Below are positions 9,193 to 19,260 of a DNA stretch of 64,000 nucleotides, in pieces. Source of the stretch: an uncultured Kiritimatiellota bacterium (GTDB taxonomy: Bacteria; Verrucomicrobiota; Kiritimatiellia; RFP12; DVOR01); the NCBI GenBank assembly GCA_944389585.1, contig CALXMW010000001.1, positions 7,748 to 71,747 on the forward strand. The letters run 5' to 3'. A model generated the notes under the pieces. That model did not search any database. It had not been told where the DNA came from and worked only from the letters and a program-made list of their open reading frames with translations. Position 1 is the first letter of the stretch. Every line of letters starts with the position of its first letter. The position numbers were made by a program, and so were the translations under genes.

Positions 9193-10077
9193 ATGGAAAT
9201 CGACACCGAAGAGCTGATGAAGGAGGTGGGGCGGATCCGCATCCTCACCAGGCGGCTGCTCGACGAGCGGCTGAGCGGCGACTACCACTCCGTCTTCAAA
9301 GGCCAGGGCATCGAGTTCGACGAAGCCCGCCCCTACCAGCCCGGCGACGACGTGCGCGCCATCGATTGGAACGTCACCGCGCGCATGGGCGAGCCCTACG
9401 TCAAACGCTTCAGCGAGGAACGCGAGCTCACCGTCCTCTTCCTCGTCGACGTCTCCGGCAGCCAAAGCTTCGGCTCCGCCGGCCGCTCCAAGGCCGCCCG
9501 CGCCGCCGAGCTCACCGCCCTCCTGGCCCTGGCCGCCCTCTCCAACCAAGACAAGGTCGGCCTCCTGCTCTTCTCCGACCGCGTGGTGAAAAGCCTCCCC
9601 CCGCGCAAAGGCCGCACCGCCGTCCAACGCCTCGTCCGCGAGGTCCTCGCCGCCGAGGAGACGCACGAGGGCACCGACATCCGCGCCGCGCTCCGCTTCG
9701 CCTCCGCCACCCAACGCCGCCGCGCCGTCGTCTTCCTCATCTCGGACTTCCAGGACGCGGGCTACGCACGCGAGCTCGCCGCCTTCGCCCGCCGCCACGA
9801 CGTCATCGCCTGCCGTCTCTCCGACCCCGCCGAGGCCGCGCTCCCCAACGTCGGCCTCGTGGCGCTCTGGGATCCCGAGACGCACCGCACCCACCTCGTG
9901 GACACCGCCAGCGCCGCCGTCCGCCGCGCCTACGCCCAAAGCGCCGCCGCGCGCCGCGCCGAGCAGGAACGCGCCTTCGCCCGCGCCGGCGTCGACCTCC
10001 TTGACCTTTCCACCGACAAGCCTTACGTCGACGCCGTGCGCGGCCTCTTCCGCCGCCGCGCCGCACGCCGCCGTTGA
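9193..10077 (+). CDS. DUF58-family protein (MoxR-associated, vWA-like)
   Basis: 294 aa; ATG 9193 with RBS aaggagagg; DUF58-like segments (DVRAIDWNVTAR, LVDVSGS); the usual partner of MoxR. Confidence 0.8.
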   Translation: MEIDTEELMKEVGRIRILTRRLLDERLSGDYHSVFKGQGIEFDEARPYQPGDDVRAIDWNVTARMGEPYVKRFSEERELTVLFLVDVSGSQSFGSAGRSKAARAAELTALLALAALSNQDKVGLLLFSDRVVKSLPPRKGRTAVQRLVREVLAAEETHEGTDIRAALRFASATQRRRAVVFLISDFQDAGYARELAAFARRHDVIACRLSDPAEAALPNVGLVALWDPETHRTHLVDTASAAVRRAYAQSAAARRAEQERAFARAGVDLLDLSTDKPYVDAVRGLFRRRAARRR

Positions 10078-10088
10078 AAGGAGCCCCC

Positions 10089-11282
10089 ATGGATTCCATC
10101 CGCGACATCTTCAAGATCGGCGTCGGCCCCTCCAGCTCCCACACCATGGGCCCGCGACGCGCCGCCGAGACCTTCCTCGGCCGCTTCCCCCAGGCCGCGC
10201 GCTTCCGCGTCTCGCTCTACGGCTCGCTCGCCGCCACCGGCCGCGGCCACCTCACCGACAAAGCCATCCTTGACGTCCTCGGCCACGACCGTGCCGAGAT
10301 CGACTGGCAGCCCGCCACCTTCCTCCCCTTCCATCCCAACGGGATGCGCTTCCACGCCCTTGGCCCGGACGGCGCCGAGCTCGGCCGCTGGGAAGTCTAC
10401 AGCATCGGCGGCGGCTTCCTCTCCGAAGGCCCTGGCAAGACCCAGACCACCGCCGTCGCCTACCCCCACACCACCATGTCCGACATCCTCGGCTGGTACG
10501 CCCAGACCGGCAAAATCCTCTGGGAATACGTCCTCGAATACGAAGGCCAGCCCGTCTTCGACCACCTGCGCGAGGTCTGGCGCGTCATGCGCGAGGCCGT
10601 CGAGCGCGGGCTCGAGGCCGAGGGCGTCCTCCCCGGCGGCCTGGGGCTCCAACGCAAGGCCAGCGCCTACCACCGCCGCGCCATGGGCATGCGCGAGGGC
10701 ATCCGCGGCCGCGGCCTGCTCTATGCCTACGCCCTGGCCGTGGCCGAAGAGAACGCCGCCGGCACCGGGCTCATCGTCACCGCCCCCACCTGCGGCAGCG
10801 CCGGCGTCCTGCCCGCCTGCCTCTATTATCTCTTCAAGCACCACGACCTGCCCGAGAAACGCATCATCCGCGCCCTGGCCACCGCCGGGCTCATCGGCGC
10901 CATCGTCAAGGAAAACGCCTCCATCTCCGGCGCCGAGGTCGGCTGCCAGGGCGAGATCGGCGTGGCCTGCGCCATGGCCGCCGGCGCCGTCAACCAAATC
11001 TTCGGCGGCTCCCCCCACCAAATCGAATACGCCGCAGAGATGGGCCTGGAGCACCACCTCGGCCTCACCTGCGACCCCATCAACGGCCTCGTCCAAATCC
11101 CCTGCATCGAGCGCAACGCCTTCGCCGCCGCCCGCGCCATGGACGCGAACATGTACGCCGCCCTCTCCGACGGCCAGCACAGCATCTCCTTCGACAAAGT
11201 CGTCCGCGCCATGCTCCAAACCGGCCACGACCTGCCCAGCCTCTACAAGGAAACCTCCGAGGGCGGCCTCGCCAAAGCCTGA
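10089..11282 (+). CDS. sdaA: L-serine dehydratase, iron-sulfur dependent, single-chain (beta+alpha)
   Basis: 397 aa; SerDehyd beta N-terminus (IGVGPSSSHTMGP) and alpha domain; start 10089, or 10074. Confidence 0.85.
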   Translation: MDSIRDIFKIGVGPSSSHTMGPRRAAETFLGRFPQAARFRVSLYGSLAATGRGHLTDKAILDVLGHDRAEIDWQPATFLPFHPNGMRFHALGPDGAELGRWEVYSIGGGFLSEGPGKTQTTAVAYPHTTMSDILGWYAQTGKILWEYVLEYEGQPVFDHLREVWRVMREAVERGLEAEGVLPGGLGLQRKASAYHRRAMGMREGIRGRGLLYAYALAVAEENAAGTGLIVTAPTCGSAGVLPACLYYLFKHHDLPEKRIIRALATAGLIGAIVKENASISGAEVGCQGEIGVACAMAAGAVNQIFGGSPHQIEYAAEMGLEHHLGLTCDPINGLVQIPCIERNAFAAARAMDANMYAALSDGQHSISFDKVVRAMLQTGHDLPSLYKETSEGGLAKA

Positions 11283-11304
11283 CCCCGCCCCCGCGCCAAC
11301 GCGC

Positions 11305-11332
11305 AAAAAAGCCGTGGCGCACGCGCCACGGC
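11305..11332 (-). terminator. rho-independent terminator for the minus-strand tRNA operon
   Basis: Plus-strand A6 (11305-11310) followed by 9-10-bp perfect hairpin GCCGTGGCGC/GCGCCACGGC; on the minus strand this reads hairpin then U-tract, downstream of tRNA-Met. Confidence 0.5.
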
Positions 11333-11341
11333 CGGGAAAAT

Positions 11342-11418
<77 letters not shown>

Positions 11419-11425
11419 TTCAGGA

Positions 11426-11502
11426 TGGCGCGCCTTGGAGGATTTGAACCTCCAACCTTCTGATCCGTAGTCAGATGCTCTATCCAATTGAGCTAAAGGC
11501 GC
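11426..11502 (-). tRNA. tRNA-Arg (anticodon ACG)
   Basis: Reverse complement GCGCCTT...; perfect 7-bp acceptor stem, anticodon loop CTACGGA, T-loop TTCAAAT, discriminator G, encoded CCA. Confidence 0.9.
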
Positions 11503-11516
11503 TGAAAACGTGTAAT

Positions 11517-11530
11517 AAAGTAGCAAATCC
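11517..11530 (-). promoter_or_regulatory. candidate promoter of the tRNA-Arg/tRNA-Met operon (minus strand GGATTTGCTACTTT)
   Basis: Recurring motif about 15 nt upstream of the tRNA-Arg 5' end. Confidence 0.4.
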
Positions 11531-11704
11531 CCACTCTGGGCGCAAGCACTTTTTTGCAACTTTTTTGCAATCCCTCGCTAACACATTGCCGTTGCGTCAA
11601 TTTTCGCTTGTTGGGAAAAGGGCGGTGGCGCCCCGAAGGCCCCCTCCCGCGCGCCCCGCGGCGCACGGGGCGGGGAGGCGCCGCCCGGTCAAGCGGGGAG
11701 CCTC

Positions 11705-11761
11705 TCCTAGTGGTCGGGAGCGTACTGCCTAGTGGTCGAGGGACTACCACTCTAGTGGTCG
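11705..11761. repeat. three direct repeats of CTAGTGGTCG(G/A)G at 22-23-bp spacing
   Basis: Copies at 11707, 11729 and 11752; third copy sits in the palindrome ACCACTCTAGTGGT; 70-125 bp upstream of the accD -10. Confidence 0.7.
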
Positions 11762-11830
11762 GGGGCGAACCACCGGGCAGGGCTCCCCGGGCGACCGGGC
11801 GGCCCCCGGGCGGCGCGTGCAAAGCCCGGG

Positions 11831-11846
11831 GGAATGTGCTAAACTG
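11831..11846 (+). promoter_or_regulatory. candidate promoter of accD (GGAATGTGCTAAACTG, extended -10)
   Basis: Recurring motif about 36 nt upstream of ATG 11882; RBS aaaggag in between. Confidence 0.45.
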
Positions 11847-11881
11847 CAATCAATCTTCAACAAGAATAAAGGAGTCTCTTT

Positions 11882-12718
11882 ATGGCTTGGTTCACGAAGG
11901 CGCAGGAGGCGCCGCTGCGCGTCCCCACCGAGGCGCTCTGGAACGTCTGCAAGAAATGCGGCGCGTACACGCCCAAGGACGAGTACGCGGCGAACCTGAA
12001 GGTGTGCCCGGCGTGCGGCGCGCATGGCCGGCTCTCGGCGCGCGAGCGCATCGCGTTGCTGGCGGACAAGGGCTCCTTCAAGGAGATCGCCGCCGAGGTC
12101 ATCGCGCACGACCCGCTGGCCTTCCACGACGCGAAGGACGCCTACGCCCAGAAGGTGGCCGCGACGCGCGAGAAGACGGGCATCGGGGAATCAATCGTCG
12201 TGGGCACGGCGAAGCTCGACGGCATCCCCGTGGTGCTCGGCGCGATGGACTTCCGCTTCATGGGCGGCTCGCTGGGCTCCGGCACGGGCGAGCGCATCCT
12301 CCAGGCCGCCGAGACGGCCCGCAGGCTGAAGCGCCCGCTCATCCTCTGCACCGCCTCGGGCGGCGCGCGCATGCAGGAGGGTATCGTCTCGCTCATGCAG
12401 ATGGCCAAGACCTGCGCCGCCATCCAGCGCCTGCGCGACGAGGGCCTGCTCTATGTCTCCGTCATGACCGACCCCACCACCGGCGGCGTCTCGGCCTCCT
12501 ACGCGATGGTGGGCGACCTCAACATCGCCGAGCCCAAGACGCTCATCGGCTTCGCCGGGCGCCGCGTCATCGAGACGACCATCAAGCAGAAGTTGCCGCC
12601 GGAGTTCCAGACCTCGGAATACCTGCTGGAGCACGGCTTCCTGGACAAAATCGTGGCGCGCAAGGACCTCAAGGCCTTCCTCGCCAAGACGATCCGGTTC
12701 CTGACGGCCGCGAAGTAA
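11882..12718 (+). CDS. accD: acetyl-CoA carboxylase carboxyltransferase beta subunit
   Basis: 278 aa; N-terminal zinc ribbon CKKCG...CPACG; carboxyltransferase fold. Confidence 0.95.
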   Translation: MAWFTKAQEAPLRVPTEALWNVCKKCGAYTPKDEYAANLKVCPACGAHGRLSARERIALLADKGSFKEIAAEVIAHDPLAFHDAKDAYAQKVAATREKTGIGESIVVGTAKLDGIPVVLGAMDFRFMGGSLGSGTGERILQAAETARRLKRPLILCTASGGARMQEGIVSLMQMAKTCAAIQRLRDEGLLYVSVMTDPTTGGVSASYAMVGDLNIAEPKTLIGFAGRRVIETTIKQKLPPEFQTSEYLLEHGFLDKIVARKDLKAFLAKTIRFLTAAK

Positions 12719-12731
12719 AGGAGGCGCACCC

Positions 12732-13607
12732 ATGGCTACCACCAAGAAACCCACCGCCAAAAAGCCCGCCGCCAAGCCCGCGGCCAAACCCGCCCCCAAA
12801 AAGGCCCCCGCCCCCACCACCTGGGACACCGTCCAAATCGCCCGCCACCCCGACCGCCCCCTGCTCATCGACTACCTCGCCGCCTGGGATCCGCAGGCCA
12901 ACGAGCTGCACGGCGACCGCCTGGTGGCCGACGACCCGGCCATGTTCGCGGGGCTGGTGACCATCGGCGGCGAGCGCGTCGTCCTCGTGGGCCACCGCAA
13001 AGGCCGCACCACCGAGGAAAAAATCGCCTACCGCTTCGGCATGGCCAACCCCGACGGCTACCGCAAGGCCATGCGCATCATGCGCCTGGCCGAGAAGTTC
13101 CGCCTGCCCATCGTCACGCTCGTGGACACCTCGGGCGCTTTCCCCGGCCTCGACGCCGAGGCCCGCGGCCAGGCCGAGGCCATCGCCAAGAACCTCGCCG
13201 ACATGTCCGTCCTCAAGGCCCCCATCGTCGTCGTCGTCACCGGCGAAGGCGGCTCCGGCGGCGCGCTGGGCATCGCCGTGGGCGACCGCATCCTGATGCT
13301 GGAGCACGCCATCTATTCCGTCATCAGCCCCGAGGGCTGCGCCTCCATCCTCTGGCGCGACGGCAAGTTCGCCCCCCAGGCCGCCGAAGCCCTCAAGCTC
13401 ACCTCCGGCTGGCTCAAGAAACTCGGCATCATCGACGAGATCGTCCCCGAGCCCAAAGGCGGCGCCCACAAAGACCCCGCCAAGGCCATCGAGACCGTCA
13501 AGCAGGCCATCCTCAAGGCCATCCGCGAGCTCAAGAAGGTGCCCGTCGAGAAACTCGTCGAGCAACGCTACGCGAAGTTCGCCGCCATGGGCCGCTTCGC
13601 CAAGTAA
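12732..13607 (+). CDS. accA: acetyl-CoA carboxylase carboxyltransferase alpha subunit
   Basis: 291 aa; Lys/Pro/Ala-rich N-terminal tail then AccA core (GGSGGALG motif). Confidence 0.95.
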   Translation: MATTKKPTAKKPAAKPAAKPAPKKAPAPTTWDTVQIARHPDRPLLIDYLAAWDPQANELHGDRLVADDPAMFAGLVTIGGERVVLVGHRKGRTTEEKIAYRFGMANPDGYRKAMRIMRLAEKFRLPIVTLVDTSGAFPGLDAEARGQAEAIAKNLADMSVLKAPIVVVVTGEGGSGGALGIAVGDRILMLEHAIYSVISPEGCASILWRDGKFAPQAAEALKLTSGWLKKLGIIDEIVPEPKGGAHKDPAKAIETVKQAILKAIRELKKVPVEKLVEQRYAKFAAMGRFAK

Positions 13608-13613
13608 ACGGCC

Positions 13614-14570
13614 ATGTCCCACGCGCTGATCCTCACCGACGGCAAGCCGGGGCACGAAAACCAATCCAAGGCCCTCGCCGAGGGCCTTGGATGTTCTTTC
13701 ACGCTCCTCCCCTGCGCCTACCCCACCAAAGGCCGCAAAGCCCTCTCCTACCTCTGCGACCGCGTGGGGGCGCGCCCCGACCTCGCCGGCATCCTCCCCG
13801 CCGCCCGCGCGGCCGCCGCCGCGCGCCGCCCCGACGTGCTCATCGGCGCGGGCTCCAACACCTTCTACTCGCTGAAGTTGCTGCGCCGCGCCCTCGGCGC
13901 GCCCTGCGTGGCCATCCTCACCCCCGGCGGCTACCGCCTGGGCGGCTTTGACGCCATCCTCGCGCCGGCCTTCGACAACCCGCCCGCGCGCCCCAACGTC
14001 TTCCCCATCCCCACCAACCTCACCCCCGCGCGGCCGGACTTCTACGCGGCGCAGACCGCCGCCTTTTACGAGCGCCACGTGCCGCGCACAGACCGCGCCG
14101 TGGGCGTCATCGTCGGCGGGAAAAACCCCGTGGCCGACGTCTCGCCGGACTGGCTCCGCGCCCAGCTCGAGGCCCTCTTCGCCGCCACCGAGGGCTGCGA
14201 AAGGTGGGTCACCACCTCGCGCCGCACCTCGCCGGAGGCCGAGGCCGTCGTCGACGCCTTCCCCTTCGACTACAAGCTCCTCTTCTCGCGCGAGCGCTTC
14301 AACCCCATCCCCGCCTTCGTCACCGAATGCGAGCGCCTCTTCGTCACCGCCGACTCCACCGGGATGCTCAGCGAGGCCGTCGCCGTCGGCCACGCCGCCG
14401 TGGAGGTGCTCGACAACCTCACCGTGGCCACCGGCAAGTTCGCGCGCTTCGTGGACAACCTCTGCGCCGAGGGCTACGCCCACCGCTTCGACGGCGCCCT
14501 CGGCGAAGCCCGCAGGAAGGTCAGCCTCGGCCCCACCCTCGCGGCGCTCCGCGCCAAACTCGGGCTCTGA
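13614..14570 (+). CDS. ELM1/DUF1022-family protein (putative nucleotide-sugar-dependent envelope enzyme)
   Basis: 318 aa; layout matches the mitochondrial-fission ELM1-like family often found near lipid A genes. Confidence 0.65.
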   Translation: MSHALILTDGKPGHENQSKALAEGLGCSFTLLPCAYPTKGRKALSYLCDRVGARPDLAGILPAARAAAAARRPDVLIGAGSNTFYSLKLLRRALGAPCVAILTPGGYRLGGFDAILAPAFDNPPARPNVFPIPTNLTPARPDFYAAQTAAFYERHVPRTDRAVGVIVGGKNPVADVSPDWLRAQLEALFAATEGCERWVTTSRRTSPEAEAVVDAFPFDYKLLFSRERFNPIPAFVTECERLFVTADSTGMLSEAVAVGHAAVEVLDNLTVATGKFARFVDNLCAEGYAHRFDGALGEARRKVSLGPTLAALRAKLGL

Positions 14571-14598
14571 GGATTTCTTCGCGAAAACGCAAAAAAGC

Positions 14599-14628
14599 AT
14601 TGAAAACGCTTCCCTGAATGCGTTATAA
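14599..14628 (+). promoter_or_regulatory. sigma70-like promoter: -35 TTGAAA (14599-14604), 18-nt spacer, -10 TATAAT (14623-14628)
   Basis: Near-consensus hexamers; GAATGCGTTATAAT matches the recurring motif; 22 nt before ATG 14651. Confidence 0.6.
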
Positions 14629-14650
14629 TAAAGGGCAACAGGAGCGGGTG

Positions 14651-14935
14651 ATGCAGGATTTGTTGCGGCGGATGATGATGATCTTCTTGACGATCGGGGC
14701 GCTGGTGAGCGTCTCGGTGGCCATGAAAAGCATTGTGCCGTCTTACGTGGCCTGGCAGGAAAACAGCGCCCGGCGCGACATGCTGACCAAGGAGCTGGAG
14801 CAAGTCCGCCAGCAAATCGCCGACACCAAGCGCGACATCGAGCGCTTCGGGCGCTCCCCCTATTTCGTGGAGCAGCTGGCGCGCGCCAAGCACCGCGTGG
14901 CCGACAACGAAGTCCTGCTCCTCTTCGAGGATTGA
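14651..14935 (+). CDS. ftsB: FtsB/DivIC-like septum formation initiator
   Basis: 94 aa from ATG 14651 (RBS ggagcgggtg); single N-terminal TM then coiled coil. Confidence 0.6.
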   Translation: MQDLLRRMMMIFLTIGALVSVSVAMKSIVPSYVAWQENSARRDMLTKELEQVRQQIADTKRDIERFGRSPYFVEQLARAKHRVADNEVLLLFED

Positions 14936-14948
14936 GGGCCGCCGCCCG

Positions 14949-15788
14949 ATGGTTCCGGATTCCCTGGTGATTTTGGCCGGCCGCGGGGATTACCCCGCCT
15001 GCGCCCTGGCCGGCGCCCGCGCCGCGGGCGTCAAGCGCATCCTCGTCCTCGGCGTGCGCGGCATGGTCGAGCGGCGCGTCCTGCGCGCGGCCGACGAGGC
15101 CGTCGTCTTCGGCGCGGGCGAGCTGGGCAAGGCGTTGGAGTGGCTGGGGCGCTGCGGCGTGCGCCAGATGATGCTGGTGGGGCAGATCACGCCGCTGGCC
15201 CTTTTCCGCACGCGCTTCGACGCGCTCACGCGCCGCCTCCTCGCCGAACTCCCGGCGAAGAACGCGCACACCATCTTCGGGCGGCTGATCCAGGAGGTCG
15301 AGGCCCGCGGCGTGCGCGTGCTGCCCTCCTCATGCTTCATGGGCGCGCACATCCCCGACGCGGGCATCCTCACCGCGCGGGGGCCGGACGCCCGCGAGGC
15401 GCGGGACATCGCCTTCGGCCACAAGGTCGCCATGGGCGTGTGCGCGCTGGACGTCGGGCAGACCATCCTGGTCAAGGACGGGATGGTGCTGGCCGTCGAG
15501 GCCTTCGAGGGCACCAACGCCACCGTGCGCCGCGGCGCGCGGCTCGGCGGCAAGGGCGCCGTCATGGTCAAGGTCGCCAAGGCCGGGCACGATATGCGCT
15601 TTGACATCCCCGTCTTCGGCGAGCACACCGTGCGCCTCTGCCGCAAATGCGGCGTCACGGCCGTCGCCTTCCAGGCCCACCGGCTGGTGATGATCGATCG
15701 CCCGCGCGTCGTGTCCCTGGCCGACCGCTACGGCATCGCCCTGGTCTCCCTGCGCACCGAGCTCCCCCCCGCGCCGCTGTTGCCGTGA
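14949..15788 (+). CDS. lpxI: UDP-2,3-diacylglucosamine hydrolase LpxI (DUF1009)
   Basis: 279 aa; conserved LpxI blocks DVGQTILVKDGMVLAVEAFEGTNAT and MRFDIPVFG. Confidence 0.75.
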   Translation: MVPDSLVILAGRGDYPACALAGARAAGVKRILVLGVRGMVERRVLRAADEAVVFGAGELGKALEWLGRCGVRQMMLVGQITPLALFRTRFDALTRRLLAELPAKNAHTIFGRLIQEVEARGVRVLPSSCFMGAHIPDAGILTARGPDAREARDIAFGHKVAMGVCALDVGQTILVKDGMVLAVEAFEGTNATVRRGARLGGKGAVMVKVAKAGHDMRFDIPVFGEHTVRLCRKCGVTAVAFQAHRLVMIDRPRVVSLADRYGIALVSLRTELPPAPLLP

Positions 15789-15810
15789 TTTTGCGCTTGC
15801 GCGGCGGCGG

Positions 15811-15825
15811 CGGTTTTGGTATCGT
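15811..15825 (+). promoter_or_regulatory. candidate promoter of the leu leader (GGTTTTGGTATCGT)
   Basis: The -10 TATCGT ends 10 nt before leader ATG 15836, implying a near-leaderless leader transcript. Confidence 0.4.
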
Positions 15826-15835
15826 TGGAGCCGTC

Positions 15836-15925
15836 ATGAAACGCAAGGACTTCGCGCTTGGCCTTCGACTTAGCCTCCTGCCGCTGTTGGGCGGCGGGTC
15901 GCGGCGGGCTTGGCGCGCGGAATGA
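15836..15925 (+). CDS. candidate leucine-rich leader peptide (leu operon attenuation)
   Basis: 29 codons MKRKDFALGLRLSLLPLLGGGSRRAWRAE; 7 Leu in 11 residues; followed by terminator hairpin and then leuA. Confidence 0.5.
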   Translation: MKRKDFALGLRLSLLPLLGGGSRRAWRAE

Positions 15926-15950
15926 GGCGCGCATGACGTGACGAAACGGT

Positions 15951-15990
15951 GGCCTCCGCGGGTTGGTATGACGGCGGGGGCCTTCTTTTT
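15951..15990 (+). terminator. attenuator/terminator hairpin GGCCTCCG...CGGGGGCC + TTCTTTTT
   Basis: 8-bp stem with one G-U pair, U-rich tail ending 30 nt before leuA RBS; overlapping alternative hairpin GCGCGC(ggaatgag)GCGCGC at the leader stop. Confidence 0.55.
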
Positions 15991-16037
15991 GCGAAAGGCC
16001 CGCTGTCCCCAAGGGGCCAATGAACAGGAAGCGAAAC

Positions 16038-17618
<1,581 letters not shown>

Positions 17619-17635
17619 GCGAAAGGAGCCGCCCC

Positions 17636-18199
17636 GTGGACATCGCCACGCTGGACGCCCGCGCCCTCCGCCTAGGCCAGAGCCTCACGCTCGAGGGCCT
17701 CGTGCACACCGGGCGCGACCGCTTCCACAAGCACCTCCACGAAGGCGGCGCCCTCCCCCCCGGCGTCGACCTGCGCGCCTCCGCCCTCTACCACTGCGGC
17801 CCCGTCATGGTGAAGGACGCCGCGGGCGCCTGGCGCATGGTCGCCGGCGGGCCCACCACCTCCTCCCGCGAGGAGCCGTACGAGGCCGACGTCATCGCCC
17901 GCTTCGGCCTGCGCGTCATCATCGGCAAAGGCGGCATGGGCCCCAAGACCGTCGCCGCCTGCAAGGAACACGGGTGCGTCTACCTTCAGGCCGTCGGCGG
18001 CGCGGGCGCCCTCATCGCCGCCTGCGTCGAGCGCGTCGAAGGCGTCGACTTCCTCGAAGACTTCGGCCCCGCCGAGGCCATGTGGCACCTCCGCGTCCGC
18101 GGCTTCCCCGTCACCGTCGCCATCGACGCCCACGGCAACAGCCTCTACGACCAAGTCGCCGCACGCTCTGCCGAACGCCTCCGCGCCCTCCTCGCCTGA
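17636..18199 (+). CDS. class I fumarate hydratase-type Fe-S hydro-lyase, beta (C-terminal domain) subunit
   Basis: 187 aa from GTG 17636 (RBS gaaaggagcc); FumA_C/TtdB-like block VIIGKGGMGPKT...VYLQAVGGAGA; no alpha subunit adjacent. Confidence 0.7.
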   Translation: MDIATLDARALRLGQSLTLEGLVHTGRDRFHKHLHEGGALPPGVDLRASALYHCGPVMVKDAAGAWRMVAGGPTTSSREEPYEADVIARFGLRVIIGKGGMGPKTVAACKEHGCVYLQAVGGAGALIAACVERVEGVDFLEDFGPAEAMWHLRVRGFPVTVAIDAHGNSLYDQVAARSAERLRALLA

Positions 18200-18210
18200 C
18201 GGGCAAGGAA

Positions 18211-18246
18211 ACAAAAAAGCCCCCGGCGATACCGGGGGCTTTTTTA
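18211..18246. terminator. bidirectional rho-independent terminator (A-tract, GCCCCCGG-loop-CCGGGGGC, T-tract)
   Basis: Sits between convergent fumarase-beta (+) and ybaK (-) genes; a second near-copy GGGGGTATTTTTTATTGGG lies at 18296-18316. Confidence 0.6.
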
Positions 18247-18308
18247 TTGGGCGCAGGCCCGGCCGGCGCGGCGCCGCCAAGGCTGGGCGGGTTCGCCGGG
18301 GGTATTTT

Positions 18309-18788
18309 TTATTGGGTGAGCGGGGCGAAGGCCGCCGGGATGAGCGCGGCGAGCGGCTTCGGGGCGAGGGAGACGTTCAGGCCGATCTGCCCCGCGCTGA
18401 CGTACAGCTCCGGCAACGCCTCGGCCGAGGCATCGATGAAGGTGGGGAAATGGCGCTTCATACCCAGCGGCGAGCAGCCGCCGTGGCGGTAGCCCGTGAG
18501 CGGGAAGAGCCTGGCCAGCGGAAGCATGGCCAGGGCCTTGACGCCGGCGGCCTTGGCGGCCTTCTTCAAGTCCAGCCGCCCATCGGCGGGGATGACGAAG
18601 ACAAAGGCCTCGTGGCGCTCGGTCTCGGTGACGAGGGTCTTGAAGACGATGCGTGGGGGGATGCCAAGCTGCGCGGCGATCTCGGCCGCCTCCGCCTGGC
18701 CGCCGCGGCCGTCGAAGGCGTGCGGCACGTAGGCGAGGCCGGCGGCCTCGAGGATGCGCTCAACGTTGGTCTTCTTGGCGGCTTTCAC
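18309..18788 (-). CDS. ybaK: YbaK/ProX-type Cys-tRNA(Pro) deacylase
   Basis: 159 aa from GTG 18788; motif HGGCSPLGMK; the upstream part of ORF 18309..19208 is out-of-context overlap. Confidence 0.75.
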   Translation of the reverse strand: MKAAKKTNVERILEAAGLAYVPHAFDGRGGQAEAAEIAAQLGIPPRIVFKTLVTETERHEAFVFVIPADGRLDLKKAAKAAGVKALAMLPLARLFPLTGYRHGGCSPLGMKRHFPTFIDASAEALPELYVSAGQIGLNVSLAPKPLAALIPAAFAPLTQ

Positions 18789-18792
18789 GATT

Positions 18793-19260
18793 TTACGCCC
18801 GCAGGGCGCGCTCGGCGCAGAAGCGGATGAAGGCGGCGCAGGGGCGCGCGGCGTAGTAGGCCGGCGTGCGCGGCTCAGGCCGGTCGCCGGGGCGCTTCTC
18901 GATGCCGGCATCCGCGAGGAGCGCCTTGCAGACGTGGGTACCGAAACGGGCGTCGAAGTCGGCGACCGCGCCCTGCACGGCCTCGTAGAGGGCGGCCTTC
19001 TCGCCGTCTTCCATCGGCCGCCCGGGGGCGGCGCGGTGGCCGAGCGCGGCGGCCATGGCCAGGACGGCCCCGCAGGTCTCGCGGAGCCCCCCCACCCCGG
19101 CGCCGAGCCCGGCGGCCAGGCGCAACGCCTCGGCCTCGGCCAGCCCAAGGGCGGGGGCGCAGGCGACAAGGACGGATTGGGCGCAGTTGCACCCGGAGCA
19201 AAAGGCACGCACGGCCGCCTCGCCGTGCGTGCCTGCTTGCCGTTGCCCTTCGGCGCTCAT
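18793..19260 (-). CDS. C_GCAxxG_C_C-family putative redox protein
   Basis: 155 aa; motif CSGCNCAQSVL. Confidence 0.7.
   Translation of the reverse strand: MSAEGQRQAGTHGEAAVRAFCSGCNCAQSVLVACAPALGLAEAEALRLAAGLGAGVGGLRETCGAVLAMAAALGHRAAPGRPMEDGEKAALYEAVQGAVADFDARFGTHVCKALLADAGIEKRPGDRPEPRTPAYYAARPCAAFIRFCAERALRA

Noticed and set aside
18789-19208. Upstream 140 codons of ORF 18309..19208 (Pro/Ala/Ser-rich) fused to ybaK
   Set aside because: It overlaps the well-supported C_GCAxxG_C_C gene in another frame and is low-complexity. YbaK homology begins at GTG 18788.
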